From: Roseibacillus sp.
GTDB lineage: Bacteria; Verrucomicrobiota; Verrucomicrobiia; Verrucomicrobiales; Akkermansiaceae
Assembly: GCA_965242925.1 (NCBI GenBank)
Contig: CBDEUM010000014.1
Location: forward strand, 128,001-192,000
Direction: 5' to 3'
DNA length: 64,000 nucleotides
In this document: positions 29,801-38,915 of the stretch, piece after piece
Layout: each line of letters opens with the position of its first letter
How positions within the stretch are numbered: the first letter of the stretch is position 1
Made by a program: the position numbers and the translations under genes
The notes under the pieces: model-generated
What the model was told of the DNA's origin: nothing
What the model saw: only the letters and a program-made list of their open reading frames with translations
The model's database searches: none

Positions 29801-32800
29801 GCAATGCCGACGGTGGGCAGGGGCACTTCGTGCACTTCTACATCAACGGCATCTACTGGGGCGTCTTCAACCTCCACGAGCGCCTCGAAAACGACCACTA
29901 CGCAGCCTACAACAACTATGAAGACGACGAAGTGCTCGGGCTGAATCCGGGCAGAATCACCTCGGAGGAGAACAGTTCCTTCAATGCCATGAAAGCGGTC
30001 GTCACGAATTCTCGCAGCCCCTGGTCCCGGATCCAGACCGTCCTCGACGTCGACAATTACATCGACTTCGTCATCACCGAGTACTTTGGCCGCAACGCCG
30101 ATTTGAAATCCAACGACAACTGGCGCGCGGCGGGCGGAGGCAGCGCCAACGCCCCCTGGCGCTTCTACTGCTGGGACACCGAGAGAATCCTTGAGGACCA
30201 TACCTCCACCAGCGCCCCCAGCAACAGCGGATCCCTCGACGGAGCCCTTATCTTCGATAATCTCGAGGACCACCGCGAGTTCCGGGTCCGCTTCGCCGAT
30301 CGTGCCTACAAGCACCTCTTCCATGGCGGAGCCCTCACCAACCTTGAGAACCGCGGCCGCTTTCAGAATTACGCCGACCAGATCGACACCGCGATCGTGT
30401 GCGAGTCCGCCCGCTGGGGCGACGACCGGAGCGGAGGGGGATTCAGTGCCAACTACGCACGCAACGAAAACTGGACTCGTGCAGTGTACGGAACTCCAGG
30501 CGGACCGGGCACGAGCCCGAGCAACGGCGTGCTGGGCTCCTGGTTCCCGACTTCAGGAACCAACCGTACCGACCGCATGATCAGCGCCTGGCAATCGAAA
30601 AGATTTTCGGGCAGCTCCGACACCTACCTCGGGACCATCACGGCACCTCTCTTCACCGTCAACGGGGGGAACCAGCACGGCGGTGAAATCCCCGGCGCCG
30701 GAACGCTCTCCGCCACCGCGCCCTCCGGATCGATCTACTACACCACCGATGGGACTGATCCGCGCCTCGAAGGCGGCAGTCTCGCGCCCGGGGCGATCCT
30801 CCTCTCCGGCGGGATGACCTTGCCCGCCAGTGGACTGGTCCGCATGAGGGCCCGGGTGGGCCGCGCCGATTCGTGGTCACCGCTGAGCGAGGCCATCTTC
30901 TATCTCGAACGCCGCGCCACCGCCTCCGATCTGCGCATCACCGAGATCAATTACAATGCAGCCCGCGCCAACGCAGTGGAAGCCGAAGCCGGGGCGAATC
31001 TGGCGACTCCCCGCCTCTTCACCGGTGGGGATTTCGAGTTCATCGAGATCTGCAATGTCAGCACCACTGCCGTCAACCTTGATGGGGTGAAGTTCACAAA
31101 CGGGCTCACCTTCACCTTCCCCGTCACCAACCTTCCCGCGGGTGGATACGTGGTGGTGGTCGAAGACCTGGAAGCATTTGAAGTGCGCTACGGCAAGGAC
31201 CCCACGGTGGCAGGACAGTTTGCCGGCACCCTCGAAAACGATGGCGAACGCATTGCCTTCGCGATCTGGAACGGCACCGGTGGCCAGGACTTCACCTTCG
31301 ACGACGGAGGAACCTGGCCGGGACGAGCCGACGGATTCGGATCCTCACTTGAAATCATCGACACTGCCGGCGACTACGGAAACTCGGAGAACTGGCGTTC
31401 CAGTTGCCAATACAATGGCTCACCGGGTGCTCTCGGAGCCGGCCTCGACGGTCGCATCGTAGTCAACGAGGTCCTCACTAACACCAATCTCCCCGCCGTC
31501 GATCGCATCGAACTTCACAACACCACCGGGGCCTCGATCCCGGTGGCCAATTGGTACCTCTCCGATGCCAATACCAACTACCGGAAGTTCCGTATTTCCT
31601 CCGGCAGCATTCCCGCCGGGGGCTACCTGGATTGGGACGAGAGCGACTTCAATGCCAACCAGAATATCGCCCTTTCTTCCTATTCCGGCACCATTGCGGC
31701 CACTCCCACCACGGTCTCCGATGCCGCACACGGCCTGTCGACGGGAGACGTCATCACGATCTCGGGATACGGCGGAATAGGGGGCTACAACAACACTTTC
31801 GAGGTAACGGTCCTCAATGCCGACAGCTTCACCATTCCGGTTCCCTTCCTTGACAATCACAGCACCAAGGGAACTTACACCAGCGGCGAACCCTTCGCGC
31901 TTTCCTCGCAGGGTGATGACCTCTGGTTGCTCGAGGCGGACGGCGCGGGCAAGTTGCTCAAGTTTGTTGACGCCGTCGAATTCGCGGCTGCCCGCAGCAG
32001 TGAAGCGCTGGGTCGCTGGCCCGACGGCGCAGGGAGCGGCACCCTCGTCAGCATGACCGCCAACACCCTCGGATCCGCCAATGCCGCCGCCCAGATTGGC
32101 CCGGTGGTCATTTCAGAAGTGATGTATCACCCAACTGCGACCCCGGAGAACAGCTACGAATACGTCGAAATCCGCAATTCCGGCTCCCTCCCCGAAAGTC
32201 TCGTCAACTGGAGGCTGCGTGGTGGCGTTGATTTCGATTTCACCACTGCCCACTCACTCTCAGCAGGAGAAAGTCTCCTCGTGGTGGGCTTTGATCCGGT
32301 AGCTGACCCGGTGAGCACAAGTAACTTCCGTTCCCACTACGGAATCGACGCCGGGGTCCTCCTCCTCGGCCCATGGACCGATGGCCCCCTGCGCAATGAC
32401 CACGGCACCGTGCGCCTGCAGCGACCCGACACCCCTCTCCCGGCTGATCCGGCCTTCTACCCACAGGTCACCGAGGACGAAGTGCAGTATCTCGCCATCG
32501 CTCCCTGGCCTACCAGCCCGGCCGGCGGGGGGCAGTCCCTGCAACGGCTCAATTCCTCCCTGTTCGGCAACTTTCCCTCCAGCTGGGTCGGGAAAGAGCC
32601 CTCTCCCGGCACCGGCGCCCAGCAAATGTCGTATGCTGACTTCCGCGATCTCACCTTCGGCCCCGGCTCCCCTCCCGGGTCGGGCGAACTGGAGGACTTC
32701 GACCTCGATGGATTCCTCAATATCGTGGAATATGCCCTCGGACTGAATCCTCTCCTCTCTGACGCCGCCCTCGCGCCCTCACCCGTGGTGGACGGTGGCG

Positions 32801-32997
32801 AACTGACCCTGACTTTCCCGAAAAACACCCTCCTCAGCGACGTCCGCTGCGTGGTGGAGTTTTCCGCCGACCTCATCACCTGGACGCCCCTCGTCGATGT
32901 CGCTGTGTCCTTCGACAACTTCATCGAAGTGCGCAAGGCCAGCATCACCATGGCTCCCTACCCCCGGCTTTTCCTGCGGATTGCCGTAACGCACTGA
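26842..32997 (+). CDS. Giant secreted CotH-kinase / lamin-tail-domain protein (about 2050 aa)
   Basis: Signal peptide from ATG 26842, N-terminal alpha/beta domain, 3 FN3-like repeats, LTD (INEFMASN..DWIEIHN), YTLDG domain, CotH kinase (LQGGASR..K, YWGVFNLHER, NAD..NW, WDTE), three more LTDs, C-terminal module. Confidence 0.9.
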   Translation: MSSPFRACWFLPGLLLLTASPSLPAADIIWITENTDQNNPPSPDDSGWTDLLTSAGHTVNRLTVTSLDSDPDSLDRMNASDLVIVSRDTNSGTYASNTSEVTAWNDIATPLIQMSAYLVRSNRWKWLNNTGTPIASGPDLQIRDPAHPIFAGITPDDRNQFVLLTNGTVNVTNQSNAGNGTVLATDPGTGNLWIAFWEPATEFYAGSGQTPAAPRLWFAGGESANNPKGGENFSSAGETVFLNAVNWMADVTVDPPTVINGSGQEISTRTATVTGEVTDTGGAPPNVTVYYGNNNGGTDPDAWNAGIEAGVQAGIFSTALTGLTPGTTYYYRSFASNSGGDDWADSSTSFTTLTPPTPPTVVNSPASNVGFASAEIGGQVTATGGENPTVLIYWGDNNGGTTPESWDQFNDLSTQDGAFVDALANLTDGVTYYFRCFASNSGGSAWAASTGSFTTLTFGLASLTNSAATNVAGVSAQINGTVTATGGDSPVVEIHYGTTNGGTNPGSWDSSVTIGTQSGSFSTALNSLAASTTYFFTASGTNIAGQGWATPSLSFTTPEISDLVINEFMASNGGGTPAPNQVPGATEDWIEIHNRGNTTVSLAGWHLTDSAGNLNKWTFPPGITLAMGDFLVVFASGNNAPDANGNLHTNFSLSAGGEYVALVRPSLTVASEFGPSAMNYPSQQSDISYGLHPSTLESVYFQTPTPDAPNDAGGQLLVEDTQFSHKRGYYTSAINLSLTTNTPGATIRYTLDGTVPTQSTNGSTYSRAIPINTTTVLRVRAFKRGLQETKVDTQSYIFPSSVGTQTRPSGYPTRWGSEPTADYNVDIQITQSRQYRARFLEGLRDIPTLSVTGEEDDFFGSNGIYVDTQDRNIEAAVSAEYFHPGPVTDGVNIENGFQIDCGCKLQGGASRTPSKAIKHSFSLRFRDLYGAGKLNYPVFDGTTVTTFDSIHLRAMYNNSWIHSNSGQRARATMIRDQWARDCMIDMGNADGGQGHFVHFYINGIYWGVFNLHERLENDHYAAYNNYEDDEVLGLNPGRITSEENSSFNAMKAVVTNSRSPWSRIQTVLDVDNYIDFVITEYFGRNADLKSNDNWRAAGGGSANAPWRFYCWDTERILEDHTSTSAPSNSGSLDGALIFDNLEDHREFRVRFADRAYKHLFHGGALTNLENRGRFQNYADQIDTAIVCESARWGDDRSGGGFSANYARNENWTRAVYGTPGGPGTSPSNGVLGSWFPTSGTNRTDRMISAWQSKRFSGSSDTYLGTITAPLFTVNGGNQHGGEIPGAGTLSATAPSGSIYYTTDGTDPRLEGGSLAPGAILLSGGMTLPASGLVRMRARVGRADSWSPLSEAIFYLERRATASDLRITEINYNAARANAVEAEAGANLATPRLFTGGDFEFIEICNVSTTAVNLDGVKFTNGLTFTFPVTNLPAGGYVVVVEDLEAFEVRYGKDPTVAGQFAGTLENDGERIAFAIWNGTGGQDFTFDDGGTWPGRADGFGSSLEIIDTAGDYGNSENWRSSCQYNGSPGALGAGLDGRIVVNEVLTNTNLPAVDRIELHNTTGASIPVANWYLSDANTNYRKFRISSGSIPAGGYLDWDESDFNANQNIALSSYSGTIAATPTTVSDAAHGLSTGDVITISGYGGIGGYNNTFEVTVLNADSFTIPVPFLDNHSTKGTYTSGEPFALSSQGDDLWLLEADGAGKLLKFVDAVEFAAARSSEALGRWPDGAGSGTLVSMTANTLGSANAAAQIGPVVISEVMYHPTATPENSYEYVEIRNSGSLPESLVNWRLRGGVDFDFTTAHSLSAGESLLVVGFDPVADPVSTSNFRSHYGIDAGVLLLGPWTDGPLRNDHGTVRLQRPDTPLPADPAFYPQVTEDEVQYLAIAPWPTSPAGGGQSLQRLNSSLFGNFPSSWVGKEPSPGTGAQQMSYADFRDLTFGPGSPPGSGELEDFDLDGFLNIVEYALGLNPLLSDAALAPSPVVDGGELTLTFPKNTLLSDVRCVVEFSADLITWTPLVDVAVSFDNFIEVRKASITMAPYPRLFLRIAVTH
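27604..28515 (+). repeat. Three tandem ~100-aa FN3-like repeats within the giant CotH protein
   Basis: Each repeat reads G.VT.TGG..P.V..Y[YW]G..NGGT.P..W......F...L..L....TY[YF]..ASN..G..WA....SFTT. Confidence 0.85.
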
Positions 32998-33253
32998 CGC
33001 CTCTGGGGAAGAGATCTTCGCTCGGGGTCTCCCCCCAAAGGCGCGAAGCCACATTGGCTCCCGGGGCCTGGTCCAATCTTTTGGACCGCCAGATTCTCCG
33101 TATCTATAGATCTTATTCTCCCCCACTTCGCCTTGTCACGATTCTGGCCCCCTCTATGTTTGCATGAAATTCGCGACCTGAAGGGTCCACAACCAACGAC
33201 CCCGACATCAGTAGCTCAGCGCTCCAACAAACCTCATCAAACCCACGACCACC

Positions 33254-35869
33254 ATGAAACCCACTCGCCAAGTTCTCCTGACGATCGCGGCCGCCGCCAT
33301 CCCCCTCGTCTTTTTCCCGACCGGCGCAGGCGCCGCGAATATTGTCTGGATCACTGAGAACACCGACGCCGCTAATCCACCCTCTCCCGACGACGTCGGC
33401 TGGACCGACCTCTTGACCGCCAATGGCCACACTGTCGTTCGGCGGGATGTCAGGGACCTCGATGTCAACCCGGGCGCGGTGACGGATCTCAATGCCGCCG
33501 ACCTGGTCATCGTCAGCCGCGACACCAATAGTGGAAATTATAACAACGGCGGCGCAGGCGGCGTCGAAGCAACCGCCTGGAACAGCCTCACCTCGCCGCT
33601 CATCCAGATGAGCTCCTACCTCGTGCGCTCCAGCCATTGGAAGTGGTTCAACAATACAGGCAACCCCACCCACAGCGGGAACATGGATGTGCTCGACCCT
33701 AGGCATGCGATTTTCGCGGGCATCACCCTCGATGCCAACGACGAGTTTGCCGCCATTGAGTCCGGGAGTGTCAACCTGACCGGTTCCCCACTGGCTTCCG
33801 CCGGAAACGCCACCGTCCTGGCAACCGCGCCCAACGGCGGCAACATCTGGATTGCGCTTTTCGACGCCGGAGTCGAGTTTTACGCCGGATCCGGCCAGAC
33901 GCCTGCCGCGACACGAATGTGGTTCTCCGGGGGCATCACCAACAACAATCCCAAGGGTGCCGAAAACTTTAATGCCGACGGAGAAACCGCTTTCCTCAAT
34001 GCCGTGACATTCCTGACGGGACCTCCCATCGCCGACAACGACAGCGACGGCGACGGGATGGATGACCAATGGGAGATCAACAACTTCGGAGACCTCTCGC
34101 GCGACGGCCTCGGCGATGAAGACAACGACGCAGCCACCGACAGGCAGGAGCACGACGCCGACTCCAATCCGAACAATACCGATACCGATGGCGACACCCT
34201 CACCGACGGCGCCGAAATCAATACTCACGGCTCAGACCCCACCATGGCTGACACCGATGGCGATTCCCTCACCGACGACGCCGAGGTCAACACTCACGGC
34301 ACCGATCCGAGCCTCGCCGACACCGACGACGACGGCCTCAGCGACAGCGAGGAGATCGACGAAGATAACGGTTTTGTGACTGATCCCACCAATGCTGACA
34401 CCGACGGCGACGGCGTTGATGACGGAAACGAACTCGCCGGGGGGAGCAATCCCACCGATCCCAACGACGCCCCTGAGGTGGGCTTGACTATTCTGTTCCT
34501 TGGAAATGCAGCCGGTCCTACCGCGGGCGCGGACGGCGCCATCATGACTTTTCTACAGGACTCCTACGGCACCCAGAACGTCACCTACCTGCAGTCCAGT
34601 GTAGCCCAGCCCGGTGACGAGCTTGGCTTTGGGGCTCTCCTGCTCTCCTCCACTTTCGGCTCCGGCAGCGCACGGGGCAAGTTTCAGGACTCTCCCGTCC
34701 CGATCCTCAACTGGGAAGAGGCCCTGGCCCGAAATGCCGGGGGCGAATTCGCCGTCACTGACGGGCGCACCAAGGAAACCGCGTCCCATTCCATCACCAT
34801 CAATGTGGAGCATCCCATCACCGCGGGGTTCCAGGCCGGACAACGCGTCCAGATGACCACCGGCGCCGCCGAGTTCTGGTGGTCCACCGGCCTGCAGGCC
34901 CCCGGCGCCGTCTCCCTTGCCAGTGACGACACCAGCCCCACAAACGGCTTCCTCACCATCGTGGAAGCAGGGGATGAACTGCTCACCGGTCAACCGGCCC
35001 CCGGTCGCCGCATCATGCTCGGCATCACCGACAACACCTTCAACTTCTTTACCGACGACGCCAGGACCCTCTTCGCCCAGTCCATCGACTGGCTCCTGGG
35101 ACTCAGTGACGACGCCAACCGGTTCCAGCTCACCGAAGTCTCCCATGACCCGATCTCCAGCGTCCTGGCCATCAGCTGGGAGAGCAGGGCTGGAAAGCTC
35201 TACAATCTCCGCAGCATCCTTGACCCGGGCTCCGCGACTCCCCTGGAGTGGCCGGTCTTTGGCGGGAATATTGATCTCGTGGCTACTCCCCCGGAGAACA
35301 CCCTGACCATTCCCCTGCCCGATGAACAGTCCCGGTTCTTCGTAGTTGAAGAGTTCAATGCACCGCCCGTGATCCTCTTCGCGGACGACCTTGAGTCGGG
35401 AGCCGAGGGCTGGGCCACCGTCGTGAACGATGCAACCGGAAACACCCGGTGGGAACTCGGATCACCCTCCGGTTCCACCGGACCCCTCACCGGCGCCGGT
35501 GACTCCGCCACTGCGTGGTCCACCAATCTCGGCGACTACGGTCCGGACTCCGACATTTCCCTGCGTTCCCCCGCCTTCGACCTGAGCGGTGTGGCCAGCG
35601 CGGAATTAACCTTCAAGGCCTTCCGCGATGCCGACGGATTTGGCGACTCCGCGGCGGTGCGTTTCCTGCGTGCTGCCGACCTCCTGCAACTGGGCGCGGA
35701 AACGGTGATCGACATGACAGTCTTTGATCCCGACTACACGAGCCTCAGCATCCCGATCGTTCCGGAGGCCCTGGGCGAGAACGTGATCATCGAGTGGACT
35801 TTCGTGAGCGACGTCAGCGCGGATGCCTTCAGTGGACTGACCATTGACGACATCGAGGTGATCGAATAG
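33254..35869 (+). CDS. Secreted modular protein: two GATase-like alpha/beta domains, TSP3-like Ca-binding repeats, C-terminal beta-sandwich
   Basis: Signal peptide. N-terminal domain about 60% identical (manual count) to the N-terminus of 26842-32997. DTDGDxLxDxxE repeats. C-terminal domain shared with 55093-57723. Confidence 0.85.
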   Translation: MKPTRQVLLTIAAAAIPLVFFPTGAGAANIVWITENTDAANPPSPDDVGWTDLLTANGHTVVRRDVRDLDVNPGAVTDLNAADLVIVSRDTNSGNYNNGGAGGVEATAWNSLTSPLIQMSSYLVRSSHWKWFNNTGNPTHSGNMDVLDPRHAIFAGITLDANDEFAAIESGSVNLTGSPLASAGNATVLATAPNGGNIWIALFDAGVEFYAGSGQTPAATRMWFSGGITNNNPKGAENFNADGETAFLNAVTFLTGPPIADNDSDGDGMDDQWEINNFGDLSRDGLGDEDNDAATDRQEHDADSNPNNTDTDGDTLTDGAEINTHGSDPTMADTDGDSLTDDAEVNTHGTDPSLADTDDDGLSDSEEIDEDNGFVTDPTNADTDGDGVDDGNELAGGSNPTDPNDAPEVGLTILFLGNAAGPTAGADGAIMTFLQDSYGTQNVTYLQSSVAQPGDELGFGALLLSSTFGSGSARGKFQDSPVPILNWEEALARNAGGEFAVTDGRTKETASHSITINVEHPITAGFQAGQRVQMTTGAAEFWWSTGLQAPGAVSLASDDTSPTNGFLTIVEAGDELLTGQPAPGRRIMLGITDNTFNFFTDDARTLFAQSIDWLLGLSDDANRFQLTEVSHDPISSVLAISWESRAGKLYNLRSILDPGSATPLEWPVFGGNIDLVATPPENTLTIPLPDEQSRFFVVEEFNAPPVILFADDLESGAEGWATVVNDATGNTRWELGSPSGSTGPLTGAGDSATAWSTNLGDYGPDSDISLRSPAFDLSGVASAELTFKAFRDADGFGDSAAVRFLRAADLLQLGAETVIDMTVFDPDYTSLSIPIVPEALGENVIIEWTFVSDVSADAFSGLTIDDIEVIE
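34030..34470 (+). repeat. Acidic thrombospondin-type-3-like repeats (DxDGDGLxDxxE...GTDP)
   Basis: About six successive D[ST]DGD/DDD motifs with ~23-aa period. Confidence 0.8.
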
Positions 35870-36093
35870 CCGCCGGCAGGGCTGGCTCCTGCGTAGAAGG
35901 AACACACTTCCTCCGCTCCATGGCACAGGCCACTCAGCCCCCGGGATGATCCGGGGGGGACCCCGTCTTGCGCCCCCTCCTTGCTGCCCTCCCGCTCCCT
36001 GTTTCCCAGATTCCAGATCGCATCGGGTGAGGAGGAACGCCAGCTCGGGATGCACCCTTGTAACGACCAGGAATCGATAGGATTCTTGCAGGC

Positions 36094-37092
36094 ATGAAGG
36101 CTCTCGTTCTGACCTCTACCGATGGCACCCTCGAATTCACCAGCATGGAAGAGCCGGGGGCCGGCCCCGGACTGGCGGTGATCCGTCTCCAGGCCGCCGC
36201 CCTCAACCGGCGCGACTTCTGGATCACACAGGGCGGTTATCCGAATATCCAGGCTCCCTGTATTCTGGGATCCGACGGAGCCGGGATCGTGGAAACCGTG
36301 GGCGAGGGCGTCGATCCTTGCTGGCTGGGAAAGCAGGTCGTGATTAATCCCAGCCTCAACTGGGGTGACTCACAGGAGGCCCAGGGTGAGAACTTCCGCA
36401 TCCTGGGAATGCCCGATCACGGTACGTTTGCTGAGAAAATCGCCGTTCCGGCGTGCCAACTGGTCGAGAAACCCGCCCACCTCACCGTGCATGAAGCAGC
36501 GGCCCTGCCCCTCGCCACTCTGACGGCCTACCGGGCCCTCTTCCCGCAGGGCCGGTTGCAGTCCGACGAATCCATTCTCATCACGGGAATTGGCGGAGGG
36601 GTTGCCACCGTGGCCCTCAAGATCGCCCATGCCATCGGTAGCCGGGTGCTGGTCAGCTCTTCCTCAGAGGACAAACTGGCCCGCGCGATCTCTCTCGGCG
36701 CATCCGCCGGAGTAAACTACACTGGAAAAAACTGGTCTGAGCGCTTTCTTGCCGCGAACGGATCCGTCGACCTCGTTCTCGATAGTGCAGCGGGCACTGG
36801 ATTTGGTGACCTGCTTCCACTGGTCCGCCCCGGGGGGCGGGTGGTCAGTTACGGAGGCACTGCTGGTCCGGCCGTCACCTTTCCCATCCGCTACCATTTC
36901 TGGAATCAACTCCAGCTCATCGGCTCTACCATGGGATCGCCCGCCGACTTCGCAGCCATGATCGCCTTTGCGGAGAAGCATGAACTGAGGCCCGAAATTG
37001 ACTCGATCACTCCCCTCGCGGAAGGCGCAGGTCTCATCCAATCGATGACCGGATCCCCCCAGTTCGGGAAACTTGTTCTGGAGATTGCCTGA
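36094..37092 (+). CDS. MDR-superfamily oxidoreductase (quinone oxidoreductase-like)
   Basis: AAALNRRD (no catalytic-Zn Cys), ILGSDGAG, AAALPLATLTAY, TGIGGGVA, GSTMGS, FGKLVL. Confidence 0.92.
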   Translation: MKALVLTSTDGTLEFTSMEEPGAGPGLAVIRLQAAALNRRDFWITQGGYPNIQAPCILGSDGAGIVETVGEGVDPCWLGKQVVINPSLNWGDSQEAQGENFRILGMPDHGTFAEKIAVPACQLVEKPAHLTVHEAAALPLATLTAYRALFPQGRLQSDESILITGIGGGVATVALKIAHAIGSRVLVSSSSEDKLARAISLGASAGVNYTGKNWSERFLAANGSVDLVLDSAAGTGFGDLLPLVRPGGRVVSYGGTAGPAVTFPIRYHFWNQLQLIGSTMGSPADFAAMIAFAEKHELRPEIDSITPLAEGAGLIQSMTGSPQFGKLVLEIA

Positions 37093-37142
37093 CCATCAAC
37101 CCGCGAAAACTGCTGCGGGCGATCTTCCGTCACCCCGGGAGA

Positions 37143-38591
37143 TCAAGTTGTGGCAGGCAGGCCCTCGTCACCGAGGAGCGCCAGCGTCTCAGGCGTGAGG
37201 TCCAGTCCGTGCCCAAAGGGCGCCTCTCCCGGCGAACTGGTCGAGACCTGACCCCCCTCAATGCGCAGGGAGGCGTAGCCTTCCGGCCTCATCTCATAAA
37301 GATCGGGGTGTCTCTCACACACCATCTTCTGCAACTCCTCAGGGAACATGCTCAACCCTGCAAAGTAGTGATGCCCGTTGCGCTCCACGTCTTCGATCCC
37401 GAAGACTGCCATTGCTGCGAGATCATTGAGCAGGGCCACGGGCCCGACATTGGCAAGGTCTTCACCGCTCATCAGCCAGGGACCCTCATCCGGACGATGA
37501 CGGCGGTGCCACTCAATCAGGCACCGGTTGGCCAGCCCCTTGATCACCCCCTTGCAATTCTTGTGACTGGTCCCCCGGTAGCCCAGCGCGAGGGCTTGCC
37601 TCATGCTGTCCAGCTCGCCGTCCGACTCGTCAATGATCATGGGCGGTGCTTCGGCCCAGGCCGCCAGTTCATCCCGGACCCTCTCCGCAAGAGCCACGTC
37701 CCGATGCAGGGGTTGTTCGACAAAAAGCAGTCTGTCGCCCTCGAACAGGACCGCCAGCCCCGGCTCCGCACGATAGGCCTCCCAGTGTTCACGGAAGGTG
37801 GCGATGTCCCGAAACTGCTCGTTGCCGTCCAGGGTGTAACGAAATTCCGGGGATGCTTCCGACAGCACCGCCGCCACATCCTTCAGGCGCGGGACATCGA
37901 CTTCCAGATCACCGCAGACCTTGATCTTGAAATGGGTCAACCCGTATTGACGAATTGCCTCAAGCAGGGCGTGGGGCAGGCCATCGTCAACGCGTTCATC
38001 CTCCGGAATATCCCCGGCCCGCAGGGGATCGCCGAGTCCCACCGTGTGGCGCACGATAATGGATTTCCCTGGTCGGGTCAGCCATTCGCCGGGTTCCGTG
38101 CCGGCCAGTTCGGGGTGGAGACCCCCGAGATCGATTCCGAAGGAGTTCGTGCCCACCGCCTCCGGAAAGCTCAGCCCCGCCCCCCGACAAAAGCCATCGA
38201 TGAGCATTCGCTCGGTGAAGGCTGTCCCCAGGTGCGCCAGAAGCGGCGGATATCCCTTTTCCCGTGCCCAGCGATCCTGTTCCTCATGAAGCGAGCGCCA
38301 GGCCGCAAAGACTGACTCATGGGTCGAGTTCACCGCAAGATCGGATGCATGCTGAAGACTCTCCACCATGGCGGGAAGATCCTCCTCGAAACATGTGTCC
38401 GGGTTCTTGGTGAACCACTTGGGGGGGAGTCCCTCCGAGGCCAGGCCACACCAGGGCGCACCTCCCAGGCTCCCTTCCGCCACTCCAAAGACATGCGGCA
38501 GCTCGGTCATGGCCGCGATCCCGTATCTGAACGGAAAGCGCGTCTGCATCCAGCGGGTGTGGAAGGAAATCGAGTCAACGGAGAACGACAT
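37143..38591 (-). CDS. Enolase-superfamily (mandelate racemase-like) protein
   Basis: Likely ATG 38591. HFKIK (KxK), metal ligands in DGNEQ, EQP and IDES, then SHKNCKG, EDL, ERNGHHY. Confidence 0.82.
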   Translation of the reverse strand: MSFSVDSISFHTRWMQTRFPFRYGIAAMTELPHVFGVAEGSLGGAPWCGLASEGLPPKWFTKNPDTCFEEDLPAMVESLQHASDLAVNSTHESVFAAWRSLHEEQDRWAREKGYPPLLAHLGTAFTERMLIDGFCRGAGLSFPEAVGTNSFGIDLGGLHPELAGTEPGEWLTRPGKSIIVRHTVGLGDPLRAGDIPEDERVDDGLPHALLEAIRQYGLTHFKIKVCGDLEVDVPRLKDVAAVLSEASPEFRYTLDGNEQFRDIATFREHWEAYRAEPGLAVLFEGDRLLFVEQPLHRDVALAERVRDELAAWAEAPPMIIDESDGELDSMRQALALGYRGTSHKNCKGVIKGLANRCLIEWHRRHRPDEGPWLMSGEDLANVGPVALLNDLAAMAVFGIEDVERNGHHYFAGLSMFPEELQKMVCERHPDLYEMRPEGYASLRIEGGQVSTSSPGEAPFGHGLDLTPETLALLGDEGLPATT

Positions 38592-38701
38592 CGCGGTGAC
38601 CACTGAACCGGAGAACTCGCAGCCGAACAAGCGCGTATCCAAAACCCGACGCTACATTTGCGGTCGACAGCCCCCACCTCTCTCCGCTGAGATAGCTGTC
38701 C

Positions 38702-38911
38702 GTGACCAAGGGCCACCTTCTCTCCGCCATCTTCCTTCTCGCGCTGGTTCTTGGCCCGGGCCCCGGGGCCACCCTGATCGACGGCACTCCGGAGGAGCCA
38801 AATATCTGGTTCGGCATTCCAGCGCTCTACCTGTGGGTTGTTTTTTGGTTTCTGGTCATGGCGGGCTGCATCATCACCGCAGCTCGGACGGTGTGGAAGG
38901 ATTCTGACTAG
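38702..38911 (+). CDS. Small two-TM partner protein of the symporter (DUF3311/DUF997-like)
   Basis: 69 aa, two hydrophobic segments, WFGIPALYLW...W motif, ends 4 nt before the symporter start. Confidence 0.75.
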   Translation: MTKGHLLSAIFLLALVLGPGPGATLIDGTPEEPNIWFGIPALYLWVVFWFLVMAGCIITAARTVWKDSD

Positions 38912-38915
38912 GCCC

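Noticed and set aside
34030..34470. Periodic DNA repeats as a CRISPR array
   Set aside because: They are degenerate in-frame coding repeats (TSP3-like) with no constant repeat-spacer structure and no cas genes.
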